NCBI RefSeq assembly: GCF_006345805.1
Contig: NC_043007.1
Span: forward strand, 50,778,001 to 50,842,000
Direction: 5' to 3'
From: Octopus sinensis
Taxonomy: Eukaryota
Length of the DNA stretch: 64,000 nt
Program-made: the position numbers and the translations under genes
Notes under the pieces: model-generated
Databases searched by the model: none
Seen by the model: only the letters and a program-made list of their open reading frames with translations
Told to the model about the DNA's origin: nothing
In this document: piece after piece, positions 1-14,474 of the stretch
Layout of the letters: every line of letters starts with the position of its first letter
Position numbering within the stretch: the first letter of the stretch is position 1

Positions 1-249
1 TTTTGTAGGAACTCTACTGAGAATGTAAATAGTAAATATTTTGAGTTGTTTGTCTGCCTTTAGAAAAGAATGTTTCTCAATTCCCAAGAGGGAACCATAA
101 TTGGTCATTAATTTTTACGATGAGATAAATGGTTGAAGAAGAAAGGAATCGCAGTGAATTATCTATTCTCCTGCTGAATATATCCAGTGTGTATACATTA
201 TGTTATGTTTGGTTGAATTGGTTTCAATAAATGAAGTCTATACACTTAC

Positions 250-305
250 ACAACGGAATATACATAGTATCTCGTGAGAAATAAACCATTAAACAATATG
301 GTCGC
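250..305 (-). CDS. Candidate 56-nt internal coding exon (xRPYCLMVYFSRDTMYIPL in phase 2)
   Basis: Minus strand reads aagtttcgttttacacAG|gcgacc...ccgttgt|GTAAGT, a good acceptor and donor. Two of three frames are open. No homology evidence. Confidence 0.35.
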
Positions 306-1251
306 CTGTGTAAAACGAAACTTTTACTTCTTGTTATTGTTGCCGTTTAACACCAAATCGGCATTGACTGAACTGACTTGTGATCAAAAGATATTCACCC
401 GTAGCCATCACGTCATTTTTTCTCTAGGGTGTGACTTGGCTGTTATTTCTGGCAAGTCCAAATAAAACCCTTCTTTGGCACGGGAAACACCTCGTATTAT
501 TTCTATTGACTAATTCAATTAGGTGCATGTCTGCTGAGTGCTTTGGCTGTTCGAGTCACGATCATCAGATTGTAGGAATGATTTCTCGACATGTTTTGTC
601 ATTTGAGCAATGTATTTTAGTCCACGTGGCTCCAATCTACTCAGCTGAAAAGAAGTTACATCTGCTGCAGGGTAGCATCTCATAGAATGTTGACCCTTCT
701 CGCCAAGTTTATTCAAATATAGCATGTTGGTGGTTACAGTAATGTGGAAGATTACTTTGATACGAAATTAATATGGTTAAGGATTCTTTGAGAGACATTT
801 CGTTTACTTATTTTATTTAACTTTATTGTTTTTTGCATTTAACATTTTGGTCTTAATCTTCTTGTTCCTTCGAATGTATTTCGTGACATTGCCAGCTTTT
901 TGAAACAACCAAAAGTTGCTTTTACATGGTTGCTCCTCCTGTTAGAAATTACAGCCAAATCTCTTTCAAATTACACTGCCAATTTAATGAGAGCAAAGGG
1001 AGAAGGGATTTCTTAAATAAATAAGTTCCTGTAAAGTCCAGAACGGGCGGAATAGTCAGTTCGGTAGATCTTTTACTCCAAATTTGTTTGACATGGCTAA
1101 CGTGTGTAATAACAACAACAATCAAAGTGTTTGATTAAAATAACTACGAATATCTTTACACAGATATTCATCTCGATAAATTGATACTTCTATATTGTTA
1201 AAACATCAATTGATAGGGGAGTGAGTCAGCGTTTTAAAATATTTAAAGGAA

Positions 1252-1313
<62 letters not shown>

Positions 1314-1729
1314 TGGACGATCATTGGAGTTACGGGTGGGTTGTAGTCATACTGAAAGGTCCTTGTTAAACTATGCAACATTGGAAAAATTAATGTCCCC
1401 ATATAATACGGCTTCCTCATTCACACCAAAGTTCTACCACATGATATTAAGAAGTATGATTAAGCTATAACAATCATTAAAACTTGAAGACAGACAGGTA
1501 GACAGCTCACATATATATATTAACAGCATAGACAGACACTCACACAACCACACACTCACACAACCACACACACACACACATACACACACACATTCATGGA
1601 GACATACATAAGCTCTGAACACAGGCAGTCACACGCGTACATATACACATGCACACGTACATAATAAGTATACAAGCACACTGACAAATACATACAAATA
1701 TAAAGATATATATAAACACAAGCGAAGAG

Positions 1730-1778
<49 letters not shown>

Positions 1779-2130
1779 GTTGTACACAGTTACAAAATAA
1801 CTACTTTTATGGTTCAACAAAAGTCGTTAAAACGTAGTCAGCAAAAATATGGCGGCAGGAATAAGGAGACAGGTTGAGATGAGTTATCGATCCTGATAAG
1901 AAGAAGAAATTTGGATTAAATGACGTGGGTTAAATATTTTAACATAAAACAATTATCGCATTACATAGAATAGCATTTACAAATGATTATCGACGGCGGT
2001 AAATCGTTTTACTGGGGGATTGTAAGAGGGATGGGTTTAATATTGTTTTAATGAGTTCAGTGATTCAATCATGCCCATATTGAAATCCTAACGTTTAAGA
2101 TTTTATATATATATATACATACATATATAT

Positions 2131-2326
2131 TATCTTTTATCTTTAACTTGTTTCAGCCATTAGACTGCGGCCGTGCTAGGGCATCGCTTTGACGAACTTT
2201 TAGTTGAATGAATCGACCCTAGTACTTATTCTATCTGTCCCTTTTGCCGAACCCCTAACACCAGTTGTCAAGTGGTACTGTGAACAGACACACACACGAA
2301 TATATATATATATGTATAGTATATAT

Positions 2327-2373
<47 letters not shown>

Positions 2374-2385
2374 CACTCACACAGA

Positions 2386-2426
<41 letters not shown>

Positions 2427-2468
2427 GATATATATATATAACGATATATATACGACGGGCTTCTTTCA
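2131..2468 (-). mobile_element. tRNA-derived SINE family A, 5-prime-truncated diverged copy
   Basis: Matches the reverse complement of the full copy at 51044-51436 (cttgtttcagccattagactgcggcc...gttgtcaag...gacgggcttctttca), with an internal (CA)/(TA) tract. Confidence 0.75.
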
Positions 2469-4489
2469 TTATATATATATACACACACACTCACTAGACG
2501 ATGATAAGAGCAGGAAATATGTTCGTGTTTATTTAGTTTTGTATTCGACCATTACAAATCTCTAATCTTTATCTGTTTAAAAATGAGAGGAGTGTTTGTT
2601 TTCGAAGTGAATTATAGCAGGTGTAGATGAATGTTAAAATGTTAAAATATCAGCGGAAAACAGGTGTAATTAGCGCCATTTGAAGACAGATCTTCATGGT
2701 TGTACAGTATTGAGGCCAAAAAGAATCCTAAACCCAATTCCATAGCCGTGGAGACCCGTTTACCAGCGGTACAGTACCCAAAACCATGAACACCTGAAGA
2801 ATTCTCAGTAACAGAATTTAAAATTTAAATTTTCTTGTAAGGGAGACAACCTAAGATGTGTCCAAGCTAAGCATTTCGTTATTTGTTAATTAGAATAATG
2901 TTTCTTAACTTTGCGTTGTTTATGTATGTATATATGTTCGTAAATGCGTCTATATTTCGTACATATATATGTACACTTATGTGCATGTATCTTTACCTAC
3001 TCTAATACACGTAGGTATACATAGATATACATATATGTATATTTATATGTGTGTACGTGTGCGTGTGTGTGTTTATATTTGTATTCATATAAAAAGTGTG
3101 TATATACGCACTCACACTCATACATAAATACATAAATCCATCCATACGTAGATACATATATAAAATACTAGGATACACAACATGCATAAGTAAAATGGAT
3201 AACTGTATGTATGCATAGACAAAAGTACACACATATATACACACATTACAATATACACTAACATACGCATATGCATGTGTGCCTGTGTGTGTGCATATAT
3301 GTGTGCTCCTGTGAATGTAAGTGCTTCTACACTGGAACATAAATATTTAATGCTAGTTTCTGTCAACACAACCATACATTCATACATGCATGTACAATTG
3401 CATAGACATACATTCACACACAAGCACACATGAAGACACACACACACACGCACACACACAAACACATACAAACACACGCACACGTGCACAAACATGAATA
3501 GATGCGTCTATTTTGATAGACATCTAAAAGTCATTTGTGAACAAACCTAACAGCTGTTGTCTGTTGATGATACAAAGAAGAACACGATAACGACGACGAT
3601 GACGGCAGTGATGATGATGACGGTGATAACGATGATGACGACAACACCGACACCAAGATACAGACTGTATCGATCCAGTTACGTTTCGCTGCACTTTATA
3701 TTCCCAAATAGGTTTCGCCTCAAAATTCATGCTACACACAGTATCGTAATAACCACAGCGTGTAAACGGCCACGTGTGCGCGTGTATGTGTGTATGCGTG
3801 TACATGAGTGTTTATGTTTATGCGTGTATGTGTATATGCTTGTGTGTGTGTGTGTGTGTGTGTTTATTATAGGCATGTATGTCACATAAAATTTGTCACA
3901 CAGTCAAATGATTTCTTAATGAGAAATAAAACGTTAGACAGGAATAATACTAAAGATCTGTGGCTAAAATAAATATATGAATAAATAAATAAATAAGTAA
4001 ATAAATAAATAAATAAATAAATAAAAACCCCACCACTAAAACAAATGTCTTGTAGTAGGAACCAAGGCCGGCGAAAAATAACAGTCAGTTACAGCCTATC
4101 GGCTTTAAAGGGAATGTCGCAATAGTGTCCCGAATATATTAAAGGTAAGACTGGTCACAAGTGGAATGTTTTTGATTGTCGTTCGAATAAAGTTGAGTCT
4201 GTATTAAATAACTTCTTGAAGCACGAGTCCAAAAGAAGCATCTAAGTCAGTGATTTGCTCTATGAAATGCTGGGGTTTCACATAAATAGTAGGGAGAGGT
4301 CTTGAGGTCTCTGGGTGAAGATCGAAATTTGTTTAAGTTAACAGGCTTTTCAAAGATTTGGGGCCCTGTTGGAAAATTCATTTACATACAAGAGACCGTT
4401 GATTGTGTTAAAGATGTGAACCAATTCTCTGCAAGGTCTTGTAACAAATATCAAGAAAATCGCCGACGAAACGAACCTTGTCAATGGCT

Positions 4490-4648
4490 TCAAATTCTGG
4501 CACAAGGCCAGCAATCTTGGGAGAAAGAGTAAGTCGATTACATCAACCCCCATTGTTCAATTGGTACTTATTCTATCGACCCAGAAAGGATGAAAAACAA
4601 AGGCGAGTTCGGCGGAATTTGAACTCAGAACGTAAAGACAAAAATAAA
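4490..4648 (-). mobile_element. tRNA-derived SINE family B, fragment
   Basis: ggcacaaggcc...ggtacttattctatcgaccc...ggcggaatttgaactcagaacgtaaagac is the reverse complement of the family B body. Confidence 0.7.
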
Positions 4649-5463
4649 AGCACACATTGAAGGCTATTGTACTTCATACAGCATGCCTGGATTGGAGGGG
4701 ATAGATATTCATGTTAAGAAGGCCTTTCATTAAAGGTGTCTTACATCATGGTCGACAATAGACTAGAGAACAGGGACAGCATTACCTTAATTTATGCAAT
4801 CAAATGGAGAAATGCTACTAGCTAAACTGGTGTAAATGAATGGATTTACATATAACATAATATAGAGAGACAATAGGCAAAATTATGAAACGCAAAATAT
4901 ATCATCAAGTTTGTGGCTGTTTGTGCGTTCATATGAACTTGCGTAAATCTACAAACACATGAACGTATATTATGTATGTGAGAGAGAGAGAGAGAGACAG
5001 AGAGGGGGGAGAGAGACAGAGAGAGAGAGAGAGAGGGAGAGAGTGTGTGTGCGTTCTTACAATCACATATCCACACATATGAGTGAGGGGAAGAATGTAT
5101 GTATTTATTGGTGAACAATAAAGAGTGGCACTTAGAAGTTTTGCTATGACAGCAAGAGAGATGTCACACTGTTTAATCCTGATGATAAGGCTATGAAAGA
5201 CTAGAAATATCGTTGATGTACTTAAAAACTTTACTATCCGAAACAAAGTGCAAGGAACTTCTTTGAAAATATGAAAAAGCCTTGAGAAGAAAGATAAAAT
5301 AAGAATACCTTTTGCATTCAATACATGGCTTAATGCAGACCTGTTCTCCGCGCGCACATGGTCACACACATACACACATGCAAATATGTGTAAGTATATA
5401 TATATATATACACATACACACACGTGCATACATACAACAGCGTACATGAGTGTATGTGTGTGT

Positions 5464-5517
<54 letters not shown>

Positions 5518-5847
5518 TGTGTGTATGGGTGTGTTTAAAATCAAGCCGTAACCACTTTGAAAACAAAAATGCATTCTAGAAATTTCTTTGCTAAAATGAA
5601 GTAGAACATCAAATTTTTTAAGAATAAAATTTACCAAAACATAAAAAAAAATTTAATAAAATATTTACACAGATTTATCATTGCTGTTTCTATTGTTGTT
5701 ATTGTTGTTGGAGGGTATCAAATTTTGACAGGCATTTTGCCGAGACATTTAATATTCTAAAATATAAAGCATTATCATAAGAATCTACGTGAGGCAGGGT
5801 GTGTGTGCGCTCGCGTGCATGTTTGTATTTGTGTGTGTGTGTGTGTG

Positions 5848-5885
<38 letters not shown>

Positions 5886-6467
5886 ACAGACCAGCACACA
5901 CACATGCGAGATTTATGAAAAGAATACAGATTATATGTAAAATTTAACATCTGGAACGAATTCAGCACAAGGGACGCCTTTGTATTATACTGTAAAAAAT
6001 AGCTCAAGCGTGAACATTGTATATACATATATATATATATAAAACATCCTGTGAGAAGTAGAAGAAATGTAATAATAAAAAAATTAAATTCTTCCTTATT
6101 TTCAATTCTTTATAAACTCGATATTTGATGGGAAGTCCTTCAATGAAATGATGGATGAGGCTTCATTTTTCATTAAAAAAAAGGAAACTAGTTTAACTTA
6201 CATTGTTGTGAATTTATTGCGATGTAGCGAAATCGTTAAGTAAGAAGGACAATGGCTAGCTAAGCCATTCGTAGGATATGTCCTGTAGTTTCTATATTCT
6301 TGTAGTACTATCTTAGGGCTAAATGGTACAACAATTTGCTTTCGTGTCATTACCATTCTTCTTTTTTTTTTTAGAAAGAGGTAAGAACGAGCATAAATAT
6401 ATTTAGTTAGTGAGTTACATCGCTGGACATACACACACACACACATACACACACACACACACGCACA

Positions 6468-6522
<55 letters not shown>

Positions 6523-7006
6523 CACCTCAGCCATATTTGAAATGGTAACAACTTTGTATTTATACAAATCACTGCTTAACACTTTCATTCTGTATACATA
6601 CACACATACATACATGTATGTATGTATTATGTATGTATGTAAGTACGTACGTATGTATGTATGTATGTATGCATGCATGCATGCATGTATGTATGCATGT
6701 ATACATGTAGGCGTGTATACATGTATGCATCTATGTATGTTTGTATACAGAATGAAAGTGCTAAGCAGTGATTTGTGTGAATACAAACTTGTTACCTTTT
6801 CAAATATGCTTGAGGCATATTCGAACCCGTAAGAAAGCCATTCACTGTATTTTGTACTGCAGAAAATTTCTCGCTGTAGGCAGATAAGCGTAAACACACT
6901 AAATCAGTTCACAGTGACCCCTAACCAGACTGCACCAGCGACCACAATGATAGATACTGTGTATAGACATATTCATATATAGATAAATATATGTGTATAT
7001 GTATAT

Positions 7007-7850
7007 ACATCGTGGATGAGGGGACGGTCTACCAAAGTGCAGGATTAAACGTGTTGAGAGCATTATTCTAGACGGCTAAGGACAAATGTCCTACAGAGGA
7101 TTAGTATAGTTTCCTAGTGACTTGCACTGAAGGTTGTCGGAATTTGGCCATATTTATAACGTTATCCGTGGAGGAGTGGCAAGTCTAGCTAAAGTGTAGG
7201 ATAAAACATACTCTATGGAGGAGGGGGAGTCTAGCCAAAGGGCCGGATTAAACGTAGTCCGTGGAGAAGGTGGATTCTAGTGAAAGTGCTGCACTAAACG
7301 CCATCCCTGCACGAGTGGGGGTCTAGACAAAGTGGTGGATTAAATGTTGTCCGCGCAAGGGCCCAGTCTAGACTAAGTAACGTATAAATCCCAAGCTATT
7401 GCAGTACATATTCCTTCCCCAGACGAGGCAGCTGGGACTGTTGGAACGGAGACGTGACCTTCATTTGAAAGTATGGTATAACAGAATTGCAGACGAAGGT
7501 GCCAGCCCGTTTAGTATCCTCCATTGATATAGCACTGTGTACTGCTCTGGTCTCCGCTCCAGTGAGTAGAGTCGTAGCTACTTTACTTTCTCCTAGTAAC
7601 TCAGCAATGTTCCTCGTGTACTATCTCTGATTTACCTCAAATTCTGCTATTTATGCAAAGGTGTAGTGTGACAAATGTCCTGCAGAGGAGTAGCATAGTT
7701 TCCTGGCCCAATATACTGTAGATTCTCGGTATCTGTCCGTATGTATATAACCTAGTCCGTGGAGGAGAGGTTGGTGTAGCCAAAGTGCCAGATTAAACGT
7801 AGACCGTGGAAGAGGGGGAGGTCTAAACAAAGTGCCGGATTAAACGTATA
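7007..7850. repeat. 46-47-bp minisatellite (consensus about TCCGTGGAGGAGGGGGAGTCTAGCCAAAGTGCCGGATTAAACGTAG) in two blocks
   Basis: Units start at about 7007, 7165, 7212, 7258, 7304 and 7350, and again at 7756 and 7803. Segment 7081-7257 aligns with 7670-7848. Confidence 0.8.
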
Positions 7851-8459
7851 TACATATATATCAAACGCTGTAATGGCAAGGGAATGATGGAAATAGAGTG
7901 AGAGAGCGCGAGGGGTGGAGGAGAGAGAAACAAAGACATGCACACGCACAAGCAACTATGTTTGATTCAACAGCAGCTGACAAAGTGAATGAGTAACCAA
8001 GAATCTAACAAATATTCCTTATATTTTATATAGTATATTTGAGATTCATGCTTGCACCTTTTTTTAATTCACATCTACACATATAGCACCGGCTGAATCG
8101 TTGCGTTACCTCAGTGATTTAATATATCGCTTAAATGAACTGTGTTTGTTCTGCCTAGGTTGTGCTTCTATCGCTTACACAGACACTCACCTTCACGTAC
8201 ATTGACATATGCAAGCATATATTTATATGTATTTAGTGCCGTATGTAGCTATTTAGATGTATATGTATGTGCGTGTAGATATAAGTAAATGGTTCTTCGT
8301 TAAATAACAATAGCAAGGAGGCCTCTTTCAGATGTCAAAACTGAGTAAACATCATCACACATTAGTATATGTACTAAGGTGTATAAAACAATTATAGAAA
8401 AATGGAAGAAAAAATCAACGACGGATCACACGCACATACACCCATATGCGTGTATATAC

Positions 8460-8492
<33 letters not shown>

Positions 8493-8894
8493 CATGTGTG
8501 TGTGCAAACACATGTATATGTGTAAAGCAAATATGAAAGAAAAACAACAATAACCAATAACGAAAATTAAGTAACTAGAAAAAAGAACATGAAAAGAGAA
8601 ACGGAAGAAATATGAAGAAAAAGCGACAAGAAGTGAAACTATAAGGAATGGGTGAAATACAGAGTGGTAAGAGGGAGATATAGAAAACAAAGAAAAGAAG
8701 TATAAAGACAATCTTATCTAGTGTAGGCCACCAAGTTCAAATAACATTGATATGATTCAAAATGGCTTATTTATGTGTATTGCAAACATGAGTTCACGAC
8801 TACATATTTATATGTGTGTTTGTGTGTGCATGTATGTATGTATGTGTGTTTGTGTGTGCATGTATGTATGTATGTATGTATGTATGTATGTATG

Positions 8895-8931
<37 letters not shown>

Positions 8932-9562
8932 AAGAAGTACTTACATTAACACTTCCTTTCTTCCATTTGTGATACCACTCTCTCTCTCTATTCCCTCTCT
9001 CTCCCTCCCCTCTCTCTCCATATGTGTGTGTTTGTATGTGGATATGTGTACATGTGTCTGTGCTCGTCTCCTTATGAGCATGTGTGTATCTGCTATTACT
9101 AGTGATGTTTGGAACGTGTGGGTGGAAAAGGCTACGACTCAAACATTTAAGTATGTAATTGTACATGTCATTCTCTTCCATTCCATGTGCGCGCGCGCGT
9201 ATGTGTGTGTGTATGTGTGTGTTTTTCAACACACATGATAGAAATACACCCAATATATGCAGTATAAACTGATGATGATGCAGCATGATTGTGAAACGTT
9301 AATATAACTGGAATGGTGCAAAGTAAATTTTTGTACCAATTTCAAAATCATTTTAAAACATAGTTGCATAAGACATATCATAACATATGCCTGGAATGTT
9401 TGTTTTTTATTGTTTTTGCCGATATCTGCCTCTTCTAATATCTTAGCTGGTTTTTGTGGTAAAGGAACGTAACGCAACAATGAGCACTTCTTGTACGAAT
9501 ACGAACATACACATAGTTAGACAGATATAGATATAGACAGGTATAGTTAGATAGATATAGAC

Positions 9563-9593
<31 letters not shown>

Positions 9594-9604
9594 CACACAC
9601 ACAT

Positions 9605-9745
9605 ACATGTATGTATGTATGTATGTATGTATGTATGTATGTATGTATGTATGTATGTATGTATGTATGTATGTATGTATGTATGTATGTATGTATGTAT
9701 GTATGTATGTATGTATGTATGTATGCATGCATGCATGCATGCATG
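9605..9745. repeat. (TATG)n microsatellite
   Basis: Direct reading. Confidence 0.95.
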
Positions 9746-10361
9746 TCTGTATATGCAGAGTGGGAAAATAGACACGAAGTCTGACTGCATATTACGAACT
9801 GACTTCAGCTACTGCACGAACTGCATTTTTATTCTTTCTAACTTCTGACCCACACTGTGTGCACGCACGCGCATTCACATACTTCACATGCACTAAAAAT
9901 CACCAATAGCTACTCGGATACTAGGAAAATCTGGTATGGATTCAAGTATAAAGTTAGGGCTTACCCAGACACACAATTACGTGTAATAGGGAGGGCTGTT
10001 GGCTATAGCTATGCTTATCACTATGCATATATCATAGAATAACGTAAAGGGTGTATACCAAACACTCAACTATTCATCGTACATGAACATTCCATTGAAC
10101 ATACTATTACATTCATTACTGGGAGGTGGCGGAGTGAACGGAATGCTACTTTTCTGAAAAGACTATCCATAATTAATCTTGACTATTTCAGTAGTCACCT
10201 TTTAGCAGAAATAGTGTGCTATCGATTCTTTGAGCCAGTTAGGGGGTGGGGGTGCGTATTCAATCAAAAGGGAATAGGACTCAATACAGGGTCCAAGGTT
10301 ATTTATTTGTAAGGTATAATTTCCTGTACAGTTTTCAGTGTCAGGCTTCTAATACCAAAAC

Positions 10362-10395
<34 letters not shown>

Positions 10396-10409
10396 GTGTG
10401 TGTGTGTGT

Positions 10410-10441
<32 letters not shown>

Positions 10442-10601
10442 AGACAGACAGAGAAAGAGAGAGAGAGCACGTGTGCACATGATAGGCCAGAAGTTTCAAA
10501 TCGTCGTGGAAAACATCTAAAATATGATCTCTACAAACTCGCTTCCATAGATCCAGACATTGACCTTACACTCCCTACCTATCACAATATATCTTGTAAT
10601 T

Positions 10602-10820
10602 AAGGCGGCGAGCTGGCAGAAGCGTTAACGCAGTGGGCGAAAATGCTTAGCGGTATTTCGTCTGTCTTTACGTTCTGAGTTCAAATTCCGCCGAGTCGAC
10701 TTTGCCTTTCACCCTTTCGGGTTCAATAAATTAAGTACCAGCTGCGTACTGGGGCGTCTAATCGACTAGCCCCCCTCCCCCAAAATTTCGGGCTTTGTGC
10801 TTACAGTAGAAAAGAATATA
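10602..10820 (+). mobile_element. tRNA-derived SINE family B, near full length
   Basis: aaggcggcgagctggcagaagcg (A-box-like) ... gagttcaaattcc (B-box-like) ... aagtaccag ... aatcgact ... aaaatttcgggctttgtgc. Confidence 0.85.
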
Positions 10821-11596
10821 TCTGGTAATTCAAATGCAGTAAAATTGACAACAATCGATAAGTTAGAGTATCGTTGTAACTGAAGCCCTAAATTCTGGTG
10901 AATTGTAGTTTAAGTTTAGCTGAAAATATTTTGCAGTAAACCTGCGATGCATTAAACAAAAAGTGAAGTTTATCAGAATGATATAGCTCGAAGTACAAGT
11001 AAATGACGTAAGTTTATTTAACTGGGAGTGCATGTAACTGACGTAACTGAACACAAATGTATCTGATGCATCTCAAAGTACATTTAACTGGGATTAGAAC
11101 AGTAACAGCAACAGCAACAGCAAAGACGGAACATTTATAGGGCCGCTCGACTTACTGGAAACAGTAAGCAAATTACGTTCGCTAATCTTTAAAAATGAAA
11201 GCCATATGAGATAATGTAGACCCAGATATTCGTGTCTTAAACAAATGGGATATTTCAGTACAGTTGTTAAATATTACTACTTTTCTATACTAACTATAAC
11301 TATTTAAATAGCTATGATTAAAGATTCTCTTTCGAATCTTTTCTGTTCTTTTGTTGCGACAGTGTTTATCAATATCCAATGGAGCATATGTATGATTAAA
11401 TAATACAGGAAGTATATTATTGGGGCTGACTTGATCGACTAAAATACTTTTGAAGGCGGTGTCTTTCCCTGAATGGGGCACAATAAAAGAATTAATAAGT
11501 ATGATTGCTTATAAAAAAGAAACTACAAATAGTGACACATAATCTCACACACACACACAAATATACAAAAGAGCGCGCCAAGAGACGGCGACGATG

Positions 11597-11644
<48 letters not shown>

Positions 11645-11869
11645 CAATTCGTGGTAACGGCGTGTGAGAAAATACAAAGTCATAAAAAAGCCAGTGTAAG
11701 CTGAGATGGCATTGTGATAAAGATAAGTCTTTTTACCTACGAGCCTTTCCATACCCCCACCCGGCCCTCTTCCACTGTTTTCAGGGATGATGTCAGTCAA
11801 ACATCCCCTACCAGTATTGTTTTGGTATAATTACCGGGACTAAAACATCTAAACACACACACATGCGCA

Positions 11870-11900
<31 letters not shown>

Positions 11901-12143
11901 CACACACACCTCGCCCTACCTACCTATCTCCTTTCTTACCTACTTACCTACATACCTAGCCTAGCTAGCTACCCAACTCTTAAAGGAAAATGAGACAGGG
12001 TCATATCAGAATCAAGCAAGCGTTATCTCCTATAATATACAGGTGTTTGGGAGATCCACAGGTGTAGTACAATTGATACACCAAAGGAGGAAGATACTTA
12101 AACATATTATACTCGTAACACAAGCACATACACGCATTTGCAA

Positions 12144-12186
<43 letters not shown>

Positions 12187-13136
12187 TACATACATATAAT
12201 TTCAGTCGATGGAGTCAGGTAAAAATGACCTCACCTATGTCATTTACGACCGCACCGTAATGATTTGTTACCTTTACCCACAGGTGGGTATAAAACAGTT
12301 GCATGAAAAAAAAAAGAAAAAGAAAGCGCCAGAGATTTGGGATGCTTAAACAGAACGAGAGAGAGAAAGAAAGGTGGAGTGAGAGAGAATTTTCAACCTA
12401 ATACACGGAAACATGAATGATATAAAACGATGCGAAACATTATCTATCCACTGGCCTACACACAGATTTACACCCGAACCGACCCAACGGCTAAACCAGA
12501 TATTGCATAAATATACAATGAAAATACGCCCACCTACTGCGTCAAGATTTAGGAAAATGGTTGCGAATGCAACACACACCACATTTTATATATACACATA
12601 TGCATATACATATATGCATACACATATATGTATATATACACATATATACATATACATGAATGTATATTGAAGAATGTTCTGTGATACATGTCATGATCAA
12701 AGTTACAGGTGCCAGAGGTGCGGGATTGTCTCAGCCTAATCTATACAACTCCTCGCCAATCTTCACCACTCCTGTTCCTATTGCTCACCTGTTAACCGTG
12801 ATTATTGTTGACACATATCACTACACTACGATCGCACACCACACAAGACTATACAACACCAATCTGTACAAAACTATCTTACACTACGTCTCACAAAACC
12901 ATATCCCACGCTAAAACCCATTATACCACCTCCTTACAATGCCTTGAACAATCCATGACGTTTGCTATTTTCGTGCTTCCTTAAAACACCAGAGTGCATA
13001 TACTGCTGGACAACCATACATATACGTTCCAACGTGAAAGCTGACGCATAGTTACACAAACCGCTGGAAAAAAGCAGTTACATTTCCCTCAGGTCACACC
13101 CTAAAGCTTTCAAAACAAGAAGGCTATGCTGGGTAA

Positions 13137-13402
13137 TACGCGGTTTGATGAATAAGCATCCGGATTGTTGCTATAGTAACGAAGATAAAGCACGTAGAGT
13201 AAAGCTGCTTGGCACACATTGACCTTGATTTCTGCTGTGCATGCGCATTAAGTTTTAGCTTCCTAACTTACTTTTGCTGTTTACAGCATTGCTTGGAAGT
13301 AACGTGTGTGGCGTGTGTTAGCCATTGACTCAGTAGCATGGCACTTGCTTTAGCTTCGTTACCATGGCAGCAGTCCGGATACTTATTGATCAACTATCTT
13401 AT
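13137..13402. mobile_element. Tc1/mariner-type MITE, about 266 bp, with about 55-bp terminal inverted repeats
   Basis: Left aataagcatccggattgttgctatagtaacgaagataaagcacgt versus right reverse complement aataagtatccggactgctgccatggtaacgaagctaaagcaagt. Both termini are at TA; no coding capacity. Confidence 0.75.
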
Positions 13403-13536
13403 AGTCCAAAAGGGATCATCCGAAAAATGCCATGCTACTGAGTCACAGGTTACCACTGGTTACATACCAACAACTGTACATACACACGTATACATGACCT
13501 TGCTTAAATTATGCGTATGTATGTATGAGAGTTTTC

Positions 13537-13588
<52 letters not shown>

Positions 13589-14240
13589 GTATATGTATAT
13601 ATATAACACGTACGCAGGTACTTGAATTCCACGGAGTTTATATAAACATTGTAGTACGTGTTAAGCGCGGCCACAAATATTGGCTACTTGATGTTAACAG
13701 CAGCAGTGATGGCGATACATATTCTACTGGATTTATTTCAGAAATTACTTAATACCCATAGAGTTTATATAAGCAGATCAGATACAGATTCACGAGATTT
13801 TCTATTCAAACCCACTACAAGCGTTTCGACTCATCCTGCACCTCTACCTCACTGGTGAGATTCTATCAAACCAATAGTTTTGCATTACGGGTGCAGTGTG
13901 CGTCTCCTCGGGTGACTTTTTAACAAGAACCTCGCTCTTTCTTCTCTCTGTTTCACCCAGCTCTATTAAGATATATATTTTTAGGAAGTCTGCTACATTC
14001 TAGCAGATATCAAAACTCCATAGCAGACAGTGCCCAAATTTTGTAGAAAGATAAATGTTATCACCGTTCAATCTCAGCTGACGAAACCTAGAAACCTCTT
14101 CTTTTAATCACTCATCAAATTTATTCAGTTGACAAACTGCAATGTCATCTTTCAATAAAAAGTAAGTGTAAACTGAAACACGAGATATATGAATATATAA
14201 ACGTGATAGTTACGACTGAAATATGTCCGATGGGTGAAGA

Positions 14241-14474
14241 TAGAGCCGTTTTAGTAGCATAATAGATCCCTGGGCAAATCACAGCACTGGACCCTACAGT
14301 ATTTATTGAAAGCGAGTCACAACATTCATAGGTTAGAATTGGTTTCCTTGACCCATAAGCCCCCCGATCAAATCAATGCACAGGGTCCCCAACATACATA
14401 GATCTGAATTAAGACCCTATACTCGTGAGGGCCCGGGCAATTGCCCAGTATCTCTTTGCCTTAAAATGGCCCTG
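14241..14474. mobile_element. hAT-type MITE with short TIRs and a degenerate 8-bp target-site duplication
   Basis: Left end tagagccgtttta versus right-end reverse complement cagggccatttta. Flanks ggtgaaga (14233-14240) and agtggaga (14475-14482) match 6/8 with transitions only; an 8-bp TSD is typical of hAT. Confidence 0.55.

Noticed and set aside
550-568. CUGAUGA on the minus strand as a hammerhead core
   Set aside because: It is followed by GAAC rather than GAAA, with no stem I partner.
5179-5205. CUGAUGA...GAAA as a hammerhead
   Set aside because: No credible stem II, helix III or stem I.
7165-7380. CRISPR-like array
   Set aside because: The units are contiguous diverged 46-mers with no unique spacers, there are no cas genes, and the context is eukaryotic.
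12789-12863. Minus-strand segment with good acceptor and CAG|GTGAGC donor
   Set aside because: All three frames contain stops.
13742-13854. Plus-strand exon candidate (ttatttcAG ... CTG|GTGAGA, one open frame)
   Set aside because: The peptide is unrecognisable, and the minus strand contains GAAAC-GCUU-GUA with a stem I-like pairing, suggesting a decayed hammerhead-bearing repeat instead.
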